DNA from: Sphagnum compactum
Lineage: Eukaryota
Direction of reading: 5' to 3'
DNA length: 64,000 nucleotides
Assembly: GCA_965153455.1 (NCBI GenBank)
Contig: OZ234494.1
Location: 10,850,001-10,914,000, forward strand
This document shows, in pieces, positions 12,841 to 24,496 of this stretch (positions are counted from its first letter, which is position 1; each line of letters starts with the position of its first letter). Under the pieces are notes generated by a model. The model had not been told where the DNA came from, did no database searches, and saw nothing but the letters and a program-made list of their open reading frames with translations. Made by a program: the position numbers and the translations under genes.

Positions 12841-13005
12841 CGGTGGCATGCCAACAGCCCTTCGTTGTTTTCATCGCCTCTCGTTTTTGGCCATAGCGAC
12901 CAGGTCTCGAAACCTGCAACAACCCAAGTGCCAAGCGAGAGCTCTTCCGCAGAAGAGAAGAGAAGAGAAGAGAAGAGAGAAGAGAAGAGCAGCGCAAGCG
13001 CAGCG

Positions 13006-14616
13006 ATGGCGGGTTGTGTGCAAGCAGCGGCGATGGCGAGCTCGGGAGTGTCATTCACTGTGTCATCGTCTTTATCCTCTACTCATGCTTGTTCTGTGGC
13101 ATCTGAAGCGGCGCAAGCTTTTGTGAGAGCCGATGGAGGAGCTTGCAAGTCGTCGCTGCGCGTTTTGTCATCTCTCTCCTCTTCGTCTAAGCACAGTTTG
13201 AAGACGTTCGAGGGTTTGCGCTTTTCCCCTCTCTCTGCTGCTGCAGCTGTTTCTGAGGTGAAGGGTCTTCAGATGCCCGCGCAAGGAAGCGAAATGGGGC
13301 CACGTCGGACGACCAGTACTACTACCGTCGTTACTGTGTACGCGGGGAAGTCGAGTCCCAAGTTGCAAGGAAGGAAGCTGCGTGTAGCTGTAGTTGGAGG
13401 TGGACCTGCGGGAGGGTGTGCTGCAGAAACCCTCGCCAGAGGAGGAGTTGAGACTTTTCTGATCGAGAGGAAATTGGACAATGCGAAGCCTTGTGGAGGT
13501 GCCATTCCTCTCTGCATGGTGAGTGAATTCGACTTGCCGCCGGAGATTATCGACCGCAAGGTGACGAAGATGAAGATGATCTCGCCTTCCAATGTGGCTG
13601 TGGATGTGGGTAGAACCTTAAACGATGATGAGTACATCGGTATGGTGAGGAGAGAGGTGCTGGACTCTTTTCTCCGTGAGCGTGCCGAGAAGAACGGCGC
13701 AACTGTCATCAATGGCTTGTTCTTGCGGATGGAAGTGCCCAAGGACGAAGAAAGCCCTTACATTCTGCATTACACCAAGTTCGATGGCGCTTCCAAGATG
13801 GGGACTCCCGCTGTTCTCGAGGTCGATGCTGTCATAGGAGCCGATGGTGCCAATAGCCGAGTTGCCAAAGACATTGACGCCGGTGAGTATGACTATGCCA
13901 TTGCGTTTCAGGAGAGGATCAAGATCCCGGAGGATAAGATGGAGTATTACGAGAACTTGGCTGAGATGTACGTGGGAGACGATGTTTCTCCAGACTTCTA
14001 TGGCTGGGTTTTCCCCAAGTGCGACCATGTTGCCGTGGGAACTGGCACAGTGATCAACAAGCCAGCCATCAAGAAGTACCAGACTGCAACACGCAACCGT
14101 GCCAAGGACAAGATTGCAGGAGGTAAGATCATCAGAGTTGAAGCTCATCCCATCCCTGAGCATCCAAGACCACGCAGGGCTAGCAACAGGGTGGCATTGG
14201 TGGGTGATGCAGCGGGCTATGTCACCAAGTGTTCAGGAGAAGGCATCTACTTTGCAGCAAAGTCTGGTCGCATGTGTGCAGAAGCCATTGTCCAGGGCTC
14301 GGCTAATGGAACAAGGATGGTGAATGAGGCGGATTTGAGAGTGTACCTGGAGAAGTGGGACAAGAAGTACTGGGCCACCTATAAAGTTCTGGATATCCTC
14401 CAGAAGGTCTTCTACAGATCTAACCCTGCCCGTGAGGCATTCGTGGAGATGTGTGCTGATGACTATGTGCAGAAGATGACCTTCGATAGCTACCTGTACA
14501 AGGTTGTGGTGCCTGGCAACCCACTGGATGACATCAAGCTGGCATTCAACACCATTGGAAGTCTGATTAGGGCCAATGCTCTTAGGAAGGAATCACAGAA
14601 GATAACAGTAGGATGA
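13006..14616 (+). CDS. CHLP: Geranylgeranyl diphosphate reductase, chloroplastic; single-exon CDS, 536 aa
   Basis: A Ser/Ala-rich transit peptide from ATG 13006 is followed by LRVAVVGGGPAGG, NAKPCGGAIPLCMV, VIGADGANSRVAK, YVGDDVSPDFYGWVFPKCDHVAVGTG, LVGDAAGYVTKCSGEGIYFAAKSGRMCA and VQKMTFDSYLYK. The ORF is uninterrupted. Confidence 0.97.
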   Translation: MAGCVQAAAMASSGVSFTVSSSLSSTHACSVASEAAQAFVRADGGACKSSLRVLSSLSSSSKHSLKTFEGLRFSPLSAAAAVSEVKGLQMPAQGSEMGPRRTTSTTTVVTVYAGKSSPKLQGRKLRVAVVGGGPAGGCAAETLARGGVETFLIERKLDNAKPCGGAIPLCMVSEFDLPPEIIDRKVTKMKMISPSNVAVDVGRTLNDDEYIGMVRREVLDSFLRERAEKNGATVINGLFLRMEVPKDEESPYILHYTKFDGASKMGTPAVLEVDAVIGADGANSRVAKDIDAGEYDYAIAFQERIKIPEDKMEYYENLAEMYVGDDVSPDFYGWVFPKCDHVAVGTGTVINKPAIKKYQTATRNRAKDKIAGGKIIRVEAHPIPEHPRPRRASNRVALVGDAAGYVTKCSGEGIYFAAKSGRMCAEAIVQGSANGTRMVNEADLRVYLEKWDKKYWATYKVLDILQKVFYRSNPAREAFVEMCADDYVQKMTFDSYLYKVVVPGNPLDDIKLAFNTIGSLIRANALRKESQKITVG

Positions 14617-17399
14617 CACATTACGGCAGGCTTTTAAGGTGCAGCAGCATAGCCTCCAATGACACTAAGCTTCATAACATAGATTTGCTCTCTGTCTCTT
14701 GGAGTGTACTTATAATGGAAAAGAGAAAGACAGAGAAAGTGCGAGAGAGAGAGCCAGTTTACAAATTGCTGGTTGAGCTTGTGCTGGAAACTTTCAGATA
14801 TAAACAAAATTGCTGTTTCTTCTTGCATTTCATGGATGAAGTGGTTGTGAGTTTTCGTGATTTGTGAGAGCGAGCAAAGAATTTTACACATGCATTGAAA
14901 GCTCTTTTTTCTGTGGTGCAGAAAATGGAAGCAAGGAAGAGGACTTGTAGAGCTGGTTTGTTTGATCAATGTTTGAGGTTATTGCTGATGCTGTAACAAT
15001 CCAGTGTGTAATAACTGTATGGTCTCAGTATTTTTTAACTAGGAATGAGGTAGAATTGACAGTTGAAGGAAGAGTTTTGGAGGGCCTGTCAAAGCGCTCA
15101 AGAAGATGGCTGCGGAATGTAAGGCAAGGAGAAGCTCTGGTAGTGCCTTCTGGGAGCTCATTTTCTGTTTCTAGGAAGAATTTATGCAAATCTTTTGTCA
15201 TGGCCATGCTGTTCATTTTGATAGGTACAGCAGGTCTCTTGCTGTGATGACTTGTCTCTGACCATTGGCTTCAATGGCCCATTGTGGAATCCCTTCAAGC
15301 TAAGGACCCAAACCGAAGCATTCTACAATCAAAGAAATCATTGTACTAATCCTTTACACTAGTGGTGGGTCTGAGAATCATGTTGAGAGGGAGCAGAGGG
15401 TTCTTAGGATTGTGCCTCTGCACTTTGGTCTTGTTTTGTGCTGGTTGATATCATGCAGATGTCTCTATTTCTGTATCAAGAAAAACTGAGAAGTGCTCAG
15501 AAAGCAGCAGCAGTGAGTTTCCTGAGGTCTGGATATGTACACAACCTCAACCTTTCAATCATTGGAATCTTTATGGATGGTGAGGTTCAACTCTGGACTG
15601 TTTGACAAATTTGTCCTCTATTGTATGGCAAGGAGAGAGTCTTTGTTGTTGCAGAGTTGTTTCCTTCTATGATCAGTTGCATGTAAATTAATTGTAGTAC
15701 TCGGGATTTTTAGAGTTCTGCTTTCTATGTGTAACAAGCAATTGTGGGGATTCATCCAGCTAAAGGGCAGATGCTTTTGATCGGAAGGATTTGTTGGACA
15801 TTTGAGTCAACCTTGCAATGGAACTTACTGGTTGAAATTGGAATTAGTTCACCACGGTGAGGCACCGCCACTGTTCAAAGAATGGACAGAAACTGGTGGT
15901 GTGTAATCCTTATGTTTGAATGTATGGCAGATGGAAGGAATGCTGTAAATCAAGGGGTGTGTCACACTGTGGCCTTGCCATTTACATTAAAACATATCTT
16001 GAGGCAAAAGAATAATTATGGAAACTCAAATATTTCACCATGCAAAAATATAATCTTCAAAAAATCCTCTAAAAGAAACCAAAATCCTTCAAGATATTAC
16101 AACTCTATAACTAATCTAAAGTTTCAACACAAGCCAACATATCATCTTTCAAAAATCCTCATATTAAAGTAGACCTATTATTACCCAGGGGCCAAGAATA
16201 TTTTCATAAGTTTGAAATAAACTTAATGATTATAAAATATTCAAAAGAACTTCTAAAACAATGTAATTAGCATTTTTGTTGTTCAACGGACTTTTAGAAG
16301 AACTTGAAAAGATTTGAAAATGACTTATTTATGGGAGTTTTTTTTAAGTATTCCATTATATAATGCAACATTTTTTTGGGTCAAATTTTTTTTATGTTAA
16401 TTTGTAAATCATGATTCCAATAATATTTTGTTTGAATAATTAATACAATGTTGTTGATGTGACCCATTATTTGTCGATGTAATCAGTAAAATGTCTTTTT
16501 AAATCACTCCTTTTAAGCAATTCAATAAGGAGTTGAGTATGAGTCATTTTATTGTGAATGTGCCCTTCTACTCTTTTTTTAACCCCAGTGCACTTGAGTT
16601 TGTTTTAGTTGTTGTTCAAAGGCTTGCTACTTGAAGGTTATTTGAAGGTTGCTTGAAGCTTGTTCAAAAGGTGTTATTCGACATTTTTTTCAAAAAAATT
16701 ATTCCAAGTTTGATTGAAAGTTTTTACTTGAAAGTCTTAAATGTTTGTCACAATTGAGCTCATCAAACGTTTTTGAAGGTTTGAAAAGTTTTGATCCTTA
16801 CCACAATTGATTAAAAAGCAAATGTTTCTAAAGTGCCTTGTTTATTTTTGAAATTTGAGATTTGCTTGTGACGATGTTTAAACAATAGCCAAATTGAAAC
16901 ATTCACAATTTTTTACTATTTTTTGTTGAAACTTTCATCTGTTAAATTTTGGAGGTACATTTATTAGTTTCATGCCATTATTTTGAATGAAGACTTTGAA
17001 GGTGTTTTCCATCCAAGTTGTTTTATTTTTCTTTTAACATGCCATTGTATTGAACAAAGGATTTGGAAGTAAGTTTCATACACCAACTTTTTCTTTGTGG
17101 ACTTTATTTATTAGTTCAAGTGTGACATTTTGAGGTGTTGCTGGTAAGTTTCATACATCAATGTTTTTTTTTTTTGTGATTGTTGTATTTTCTTGATTAG
17201 TTCATGTGTGGCATTTGTGGTGCTACAAGTAAGTTTTATACACTAGAACATTTTTTTTGTGGTTACCAAAATTTCTTGATAAACTCAAGTGTTATATTTG
17301 AGTGAAACTGAAAAGATTGAAATTTAGATCACTACCTTTGAAATAGTCACAATTTTTGTGGTTTGTTTGTTGTTTGTTACATTTATGGTTGTCTATAGC

Positions 17400-18759
17400 T
17401 AACAATCCAATGGAATCAACAATTACAACCCACCCTTACATCAACCTAAGTTCCTAAGTTTGATGTTTGATAATGAAGATGAAAATGTGTTTGAATTTCA
17501 AACTCAAATCACTAATGGGTCACAAGAGGTGTCATATTTACAAGTAGATGTTTTTTAGAGCTTGTCATTCCAAAGTTTTTGGCGAATCGACATATGGGTA
17601 CATGTTTCATTATTATATGAATATTGGGGTTTTTTTTGTTGTGAATGATGGTGCTACTATCAATTCATGTAACCCATAAGTCATGAGATGTGTGTCGTTC
17701 CATTGTGTTATAATGAATGGTGATGTTCACAATTTGGTACATGGGAAAAGCATGAAGGGGCTTGTGAACTACAACAAAGACCAAATGTGGTACTAATTCT
17801 TTGAAAAAACATGTTTTGACATTAATAAAATATACAAAGTGTGGGTTGTTGGTGCAGATAACCAAAGCTGCTAACTTGATCATAAAAAATTAACAAAAAA
17901 GGAAAACAATCCCTCCCTCACAAATCACAAAGTTTTTTGGTAGTCAAAGACCTTACAACAAATCAAATCTTATACAACTTGCATTTTTCAAAAATCTAGT
18001 TTTATATATCACAAAAGGATTTTTTTTTATTTTCTATTGAAAATTATTAATTAAGGCACATGGTTTTAAAATAGGCCTAACATGTTATCATTCCCTCCCT
18101 TATTTCAAGTGTTATTTATATTATTTCCTTTGATTTTTTGATGTCTTGCATTGGGCATGATATTTTTGCCATGGTGGCCAATTTTATCAAGGATGCATGG
18201 GGGCCCATTCATGTTGATACATGTATTTTTTAAATGCATAACAATACATGTGTAACCATGGTAGCTTAGGTATTGATTTGGTTTATTTGATAAAGTTATC
18301 GTATGTGAAAGATGAAAGGTCTAACCTAGTTATGATAATTGTTGCCTTAACATTTGTGGCATCTTGTTTTCCACTTCAATTGCCATGCCCAATTGTTGGC
18401 TTTTGTTTTCACCATGCCATGTCAAAAGTAGTGTAATATGTTATTGATGATGTCAAGATGTGTCTAGATTTATAATAATTAGCTTGAAGGGTGCACAAAC
18501 ATCATTATAAAGATTATAACATGGACTAAAATTTTTGAGAAGTAATGGCATGAATGAAAGGATTCTTACATTATTGTTGGGTTCTCACCTATAATGCTAC
18601 GAACTTTAATGAAAACAAGGTTTACATCATGGGTCCACTTGTTCCAAAAGACTTTGGAATATCAAAATGCAATTTCTATTCATTACAAGTGACAACAAGC
18701 TTTGCATTTGTCATCAAAAGTGTTGATTGACCAAACTTGAGTTGTTGTTCATGCCATTT
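17400..18759 (+). mobile_element. Degenerate hAT-family transposase relic, 5' part
   Basis: Stop-riddled translation gives a BED-finger-like segment near 17620-17850, then YVKDERSNL, CFHHAMSKVV*Y, SLKGAQTSL*KIITWTK, LRTLMKTRFTSWV and QT*VVVHAI. Confidence 0.65.
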
Positions 18760-20732
18760 GGGTGTAGTTTTGCAAACATCTACCAAATTAATTTAAAGCA
18801 TTATTTAATTTTTTGTATTTGACATGTTAGGAAATGTCAAAATAACTACAAATGGATTTTTTTATATACAATGTTATTTTCAATATATTTTTATATGTTG
18901 AAATTCTGAAATCAATTTAATGTGTAAAAAATACCCAAAAACACTTTCTAAATAGTTGTAATTAATGCTTTCGTAATGTAAAGGTGAGCATATTTAGGTT
19001 TTTTTAGACAAATTTTGAATATAAACCTTAACATAATAGTATTCCAAAAGATTCTTCATTTTCTCATATATATATGGATGGATGACCGACAGATGGATGG
19101 ATGGAAAGCTTCATTTCATCCCGACGTCCTTTACTATAAGTTTGAACCCCGTGCCTAATGCACAAGTGTGTGTGCATTTGATAATAGATATTACAAAATT
19201 ACAATTACAAACTACATTTCCAAAAACTCTTTATATACGACATTCCGCATGTATCTATCAAGACCCTGGCCGCTGAAAATCTTGATGTTTGCACTACTTG
19301 TGAAGGGTGAACTGGCACCTACACTGGTAAAAACCCTAAATTTTTTTAGGATGCTTCTAACCTTAGTAAATATGGCATCCTTAATACTAAATAAGTACCC
19401 CCAGTTTATATGGTGACGAACAGTTTTGGAAATAGAAAATTTCATGCAACCAATGGGAAGGCTCAGCATGCACTCAATAGGCCCAAATTTTTTAAGTTTT
19501 GGGTTGGGAGGGAAGGATTTTTTTTTTTCATTTTTCCTTTGTTCCCAACATGTTCCTTTCAAATTCCCAATGGGTTCCTTAAGGGTGTGCCTAATAGCAC
19601 CTCCCTTTAATTCCATAGCATGGACTTGGGAGGGCACAACATTTTTATTCCAGGTTGAAGGAAGGGTTTTTTGCTCAGGAGGTGGTGCTTTTCTATTTAG
19701 GCAGGTTTGCATGAGCCCTAGTTGGCCTGCCAACAAGATACTTTCTAAAATGGGAGTTAACTTACATTTGAACACACAGGCCCTTCTCTTTTGGTGGTTT
19801 TCTTTTTTGATTGTGACATATATAAGCTAAAATGATGTGTCACGTGGAAGCCCCTATGCTTTTATTTAAATAGTGGGGATGACATAGCTGCATCCGTCCC
19901 GATGGATGACGGGACCCAAAGGTCATTTGCCCGTCCTCGTGCCTATTGTTCACCGTATTAACATTTTATACGAAAGGTATTGGCTCTTATTCAACAGTCC
20001 CACCCACCCGGGTCCCACCATCTCTGCGTTTATCCCGCACGAAAAATTTATCCAAAAATTGGTACGACTATGACCCGCTGTGTATAGTAGAACGGACCGT
20101 TGGATCTCACTACACAGACCATTGGATCTCAGAATCCCGGACCGCCAGATCCCAAAACACAAAAACCTCTGGATCTCACAGAAACGGACCGCTGGATCTC
20201 CGATAACGGACCACTAGATCCCCAAACTCCTGACCACTGGACCTGAGAAAAGACAGACCGTTGGATCCCAGAACACAGACCACTGGCTCCCCAGAAGAAG
20301 GACCAACGGATCTCAGGAAAACGGACCGTTGGATCCACAAATACAGACCTTTGGATCTCAAGAAACGGACCGCTGGATCCATAAAACCTGCTGAGTAAAT
20401 TTCCAAAATGGTATTAAGAAATAATTAAATAAGTAACTACTTAGTGCCCACCTTTGCTACCATACAACTGCTGCTCCATTCCCTTCAAGAGCACGCCTGC
20501 TCTTTTGCTACACCCACGCCTTTTCCTCCCTCCCCAAGAACCTAAATTGCTAGCATGTGCAAGTCTCGCTATATTTAGCTACTGTCCGTAGCTACTGTCC
20601 GTCCGGATTCAGGGGAAGCTTCATTCTTCCTTTACTATATGTAATATATATATATATATATATATATAATATGCTTGTAAAGAAAAGTGGGTTAAGGGGG
20701 CAAGTGTGGTTCATGATCGAATGTTTGCACCC
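18760..20732. mobile_element. Non-autonomous TIR element (about 1.97 kb) with a 4-bp ATTT TSD, inserted in the hAT relic; possibly Sola1-like
   Basis: ATTT at 18756-18759 and 20733-20736. Termini are GGGTG(tagttttg)CAAACAT and ATGTTTGCACCC. Removing the insert and one ATTT restores in-frame VHAI-CDTLL. Confidence 0.6.
20091..20380. repeat. Degenerate minisatellite, about 13 units of 22-24 bp, consensus AAACGGACCGTTGGATCTCAG
   Basis: The GGACC(G/A)(T/C)TGGATC(T/C)C core recurs, separated by 4-7 nt A/C-rich linkers. Confidence 0.85.
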
Positions 20733-21277
20733 ATTTGTGACACCTTGTTGCTAGTGGCCAAACAATGTGTTTCGAACCACAATCAAAGCTTTTAGTTGTT
20801 GTTAGATGCACTAGTTTTTACTTTCACCTTGTGTACTAATGTGAAAGGTTGAAGTGGTTATAATTCAAATTTTAAGTCAACAAGAGTTTAAGTTGAAAAT
20901 GATGGCACAAGTTCTCAATGTACTTGGTTTGTTTTTGAAATTTTGAAATTTTTTCATTAAAACCACAACACATAACATCTTGGCAATCATGTTTGACCCT
21001 TGCTTAAAAAACATAAAGGTTATTCAAAACTATAAAGGTAATTTATTGCTATTAAAATGGTTGCAAAATATGATACATGTCCATTTATGATTCAAGTTTG
21101 TTTTTATTTCAACTATACAAGGGCACTAGTTGAATTAACAATAGATGAAGATGATGATTTTTTCTTTGGGTAGGATCTATCAAATGATGGTGTAATCAAA
21201 TCTACCTTGAGAAATGAATTGCTATTGTTTTGTTGATTATGTTTACAACCCTTACAAACTGAAAACCCCTTGATTTG
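20733..21277 (+). mobile_element. Degenerate hAT transposase relic, 3' part up to the start of the dimerization domain
   Basis: Reads CDTLLLVAKQCVSNHNQSF*LLLDAL, HNILAIMFDPCLKNIKVIQNY and ELLLFC*LCLQPLQTENPLI. The motif appears to resume as WEKQF near 24498. Confidence 0.6.
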
Positions 21278-24200
21278 TGATGAAACCCTACTAAATTTTA
21301 TTAAAATAAAACACCCAATGGAGGGGCAAAACAAGGAACAAAATGAAAGGACCCATGTCTAGGCTAGAAAACTAGGTGGGCTAATAAGAAGAGTGGGAAA
21401 AAGTCATGTATTCACCCCCCCCCCCCCCCCCCTTGTCACAAAAAGCATGTCAGAAAAGGGGAGGGGAGGGACACTAGAAAAAACACCTAGCCTATAAAAA
21501 GTAACAACCCGCCTCGAAATAGGTGGAGCTTGCACCTGCTACAATGCCACTAACACCCTCTACTTGTAAAACACATGTGAAATTGAAAGAAAAAGGCCTT
21601 CAGAGCCTTTTGCTACCCAAACCATGTTAACACAATGATGGAAAAAAGTTGGCTTGTTGATGTAAACACCCAAAGACTTCAATGGTAAGAGGGAAAAACA
21701 AGTTTGCGAACTATATCAATCTTGATGAAATCTTTTTTTTGTTTGAACCATCATTGTCGCGATCACTTCACAAAACAATGCAACACGCAAAACCAAGTCC
21801 CTTCTAATGAGGTCAACGATGACAACATCGGCCAACGTGTGAATGCCATCAAATGAAAGCACAATGTCGACCTGTTGGCATGAGAATTAAAGGGTAGGTG
21901 GAGGAGGAATGTGGGTCTAATCACGTGCAACATGAAAACTTACATCTCTTGCAATGGATGCAAATGCATCTTACATGGACATCATGAGACACCGTCCTTT
22001 CCCCACCATGAATGTAACGAAGGAGGTGAATCCCCATGGGGTCTAAAGGTTGGCCAAAAATGCAATGTGATAAACCAAGGGCCAATGAATGGGGAAGGCC
22101 CAACATGGTGCGCTTCGCAAAGGAGAAAACATCTAAAACCAAACAGAAAAAAGGGTGACTGGGTGGGTAGACAACCAAATGCCCATTTTTGACCCTACAC
22201 AAGAACTCAAACATGCATGATGTGAATCCCAAGAGAAGTCAAAAAGGATGTTGGAAAAGGAATGGTAGTATAATCGTTTTGGAACGTTTTCTTGAAGTTG
22301 ATGTACACCCTTCTTTGCAAGTTGTTCAAAGGGGGTTACACATAACATTGCCACCATAGGCTGAAGCTTTCGCACCAACCTCAAGTGGGTTTGGAATGAG
22401 AAGGAACTTGAATTGCTCACATTTATTGCCTCTAATAAGATTAAACGAAAGTCTACCAAGAATCTTAAGGTGATGATAAGGGCAATAAAAGCCCAACTCC
22501 CAAGATAAGTTGTCAACATGATAATTTTAGAGGAAATGAAGCCAACCTTGCCAAAAGAAATGGGGAAAAAGATTTGTTAATGCATTATGAAAGCCTAGGG
22601 GCACTCTAAAAAACCTTATCCTATGAGCCTCCCAAAAACCCCCATAAAGGTCGAATCAAAAGTCATAAGCTAATGCCAAAAACACAAAAAAAAAAGGGGG
22701 GGGGGGCATAGCAAATAGGAAACCCTCTTGGTGAAACACTAAAAAAGGTTGAAATTCTTTAAGGTGTACCAAAATCTTGTCACAAACCACCTTTTTTTGT
22801 CTTTTGTACCAATTTTTTTTATACCATGTAAAAACACATTTATAAATGATTATGATGGAATCTAGAATTGTAATGGTTTAAAATATAGTCCTATTGAAAT
22901 ATTTGACAACCTTTGATTCATTATTTATGGGGATCAAAACATAGGCTAAAAAAAAACTACAATAAGGATTAGGTTCCTTTTGTCCTGTGTGGTACACCTT
23001 AAAGGATTTTCACCCAAGAAGGATACCAAAAGCACCTTAAACATCCCCCAACCTTGGGAACACTTATGCATGGTGAACATCCTTGTCTGAAACAACCTGC
23101 AAAAAGGAAAAGGAGAAAGAACTGAAACCAAAGTGAACATCGAAAACCTTGACGCCATTGAGATTGTAGTAAAAACTAGAAAGAAGGGAAAACCCATGAG
23201 GGAGGCCTAAGTGGGACCAAACTAAGCACTTGTGGGGCTAAATGGCTAGCGCCATTGATGCTAATTGGGAGACAAAATGATAAAAAATAGAGTGATGATA
23301 GAAGTGCGGTCGAGGATGTGAGTATCATCAACCAAGGAAAGGAAGAGAGAAGAAGGAAAAACACTTAAGTAGCAACACAAAGCACAAAAATGGGTAAGAA
23401 CAAAAAAGGGCCCGACAAACAAATTGTCTTAACGCACACCAATAGACAAAAAGAGGATAGACAAATCTTTCGAAAGGAAATGATGATTACAAAACAAAGA
23501 AGACTCTTGAACAAAAAAAACACAAACAAAAGGGAAAAATTGTGATAACTTGCTTCTTGCCAATCAAAGCTCCTACAAGATGGCCTTATGCAAAGTGGAG
23601 TTGAAAGCATTCATGATGTCCACATGAAGCACCACCCAATTGGGATGGACATCTAAAGCGACTCAAATACCATGAACCATAACCGCACACCCGTCCTTAA
23701 CAACCACAACGAACTAATGTGGCAATAGGTGGGAAAAAAATGCATCACGGAACTGAAGACACAATGCCTTACACACAAGTTGATAAAACACCTCACCCGT
23801 TGTTATCAATTGAACACCACTTGTGGGTTTGGCCAAAGTCAAAAACTTAGCAGCACCAAAAATCCGAGCAACAAACCCTAGGATTCAGCCTACAGCCACA
23901 TGGGAACCGAACTAGTGGAATTATATGAAACCACTTGTTGAATCTATTAGGTTGAAAGAATCTTGGAGATGTTCAAAAACCATGCCTAAAAGACCCCCTG
24001 CTAACAAATGGGACAAGCGCATGAATGCCGACCTAAAAAGAAAGGTCAAAGTTTGCATTTGATTGAAAATTCGTCAATGAATCCAAGCAAGGGGAATCTA
24101 AGCCTGAAGGATGCAAAGTTTGCAAAACACTAATAATCTTTAAAAAGGTTATGGTTGGGGCAAGGGGGGTTAAAACTTTGGCAACTCATGCAAACTCCCT

Positions 24201-24496
24201 ACCACGCCCAAGGGCTAAGCTTTGCACAAGTTGACGAATGGGGAGAAAGATGGGCGTAGGATTTAGAGAAGGCACGGTCACTAAAGGGTCCCAATCCGTA
24301 AGTAGTGTTGCCGCAAACGCTTGTGCCTTGAGAAAATGCCCCACTTGAAGTTCTTCCCAATTTCCTGAAAGGAATTGTCAAAAACATATCTTGGTCTCCT
24401 AATGCCCAATTGATCCACCTTGGGGGGGGAAATGTGAAACCCATTGTGGAAATAAAAAGAATAAACCTAAAACCTTTACTTGGAGGTTCCATCAAA
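21277..24496 (-). mobile_element. Degenerate non-LTR retrotransposon with a restriction-like endonuclease (CRE/R2/NeSL-type RLE clade)
   Basis: Minus-strand remnants occur in RT, zinc-knuckle, RLE order: GPFxxLxHF and a decayed ADD region (23400-23230), QIFFPISFGKVGFI (GGLG-like), TTYLGSWA, HCxxGxxLDPMGIHLLRY..GGERTVSHD, QVDIVLSFDGIHTLADVVIVD and FPLTIEVFGCLH. AATAAA lies near the 3' end (about 21300). Confidence 0.75.

Noticed and set aside
12685..13005. 107-aa N-terminal extension of CHLP in the ORF track
   Set aside because: It starts at a non-ATG codon inside repeat and poly-A sequence and runs through promoter motifs and a (GAGAA)n tract. ATG 13006 begins a typical transit peptide.
13168..14163. 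Antisense ORFs over CHLP (157 aa, 181 aa and others)
   Set aside because: These are shadow ORFs of a GC-richer coding strand, with no recognisable motifs.
19212..19830. 187-aa (-) and 134-aa (+) ORFs
   Set aside because: They lie inside a repeat insert, are low-complexity and have no recognisable domain.
20091..20380. CRISPR array
   Set aside because: The linkers are only 4-7 nt, the repeats are degenerate, there are no cas genes, and the context is a eukaryotic transposon.
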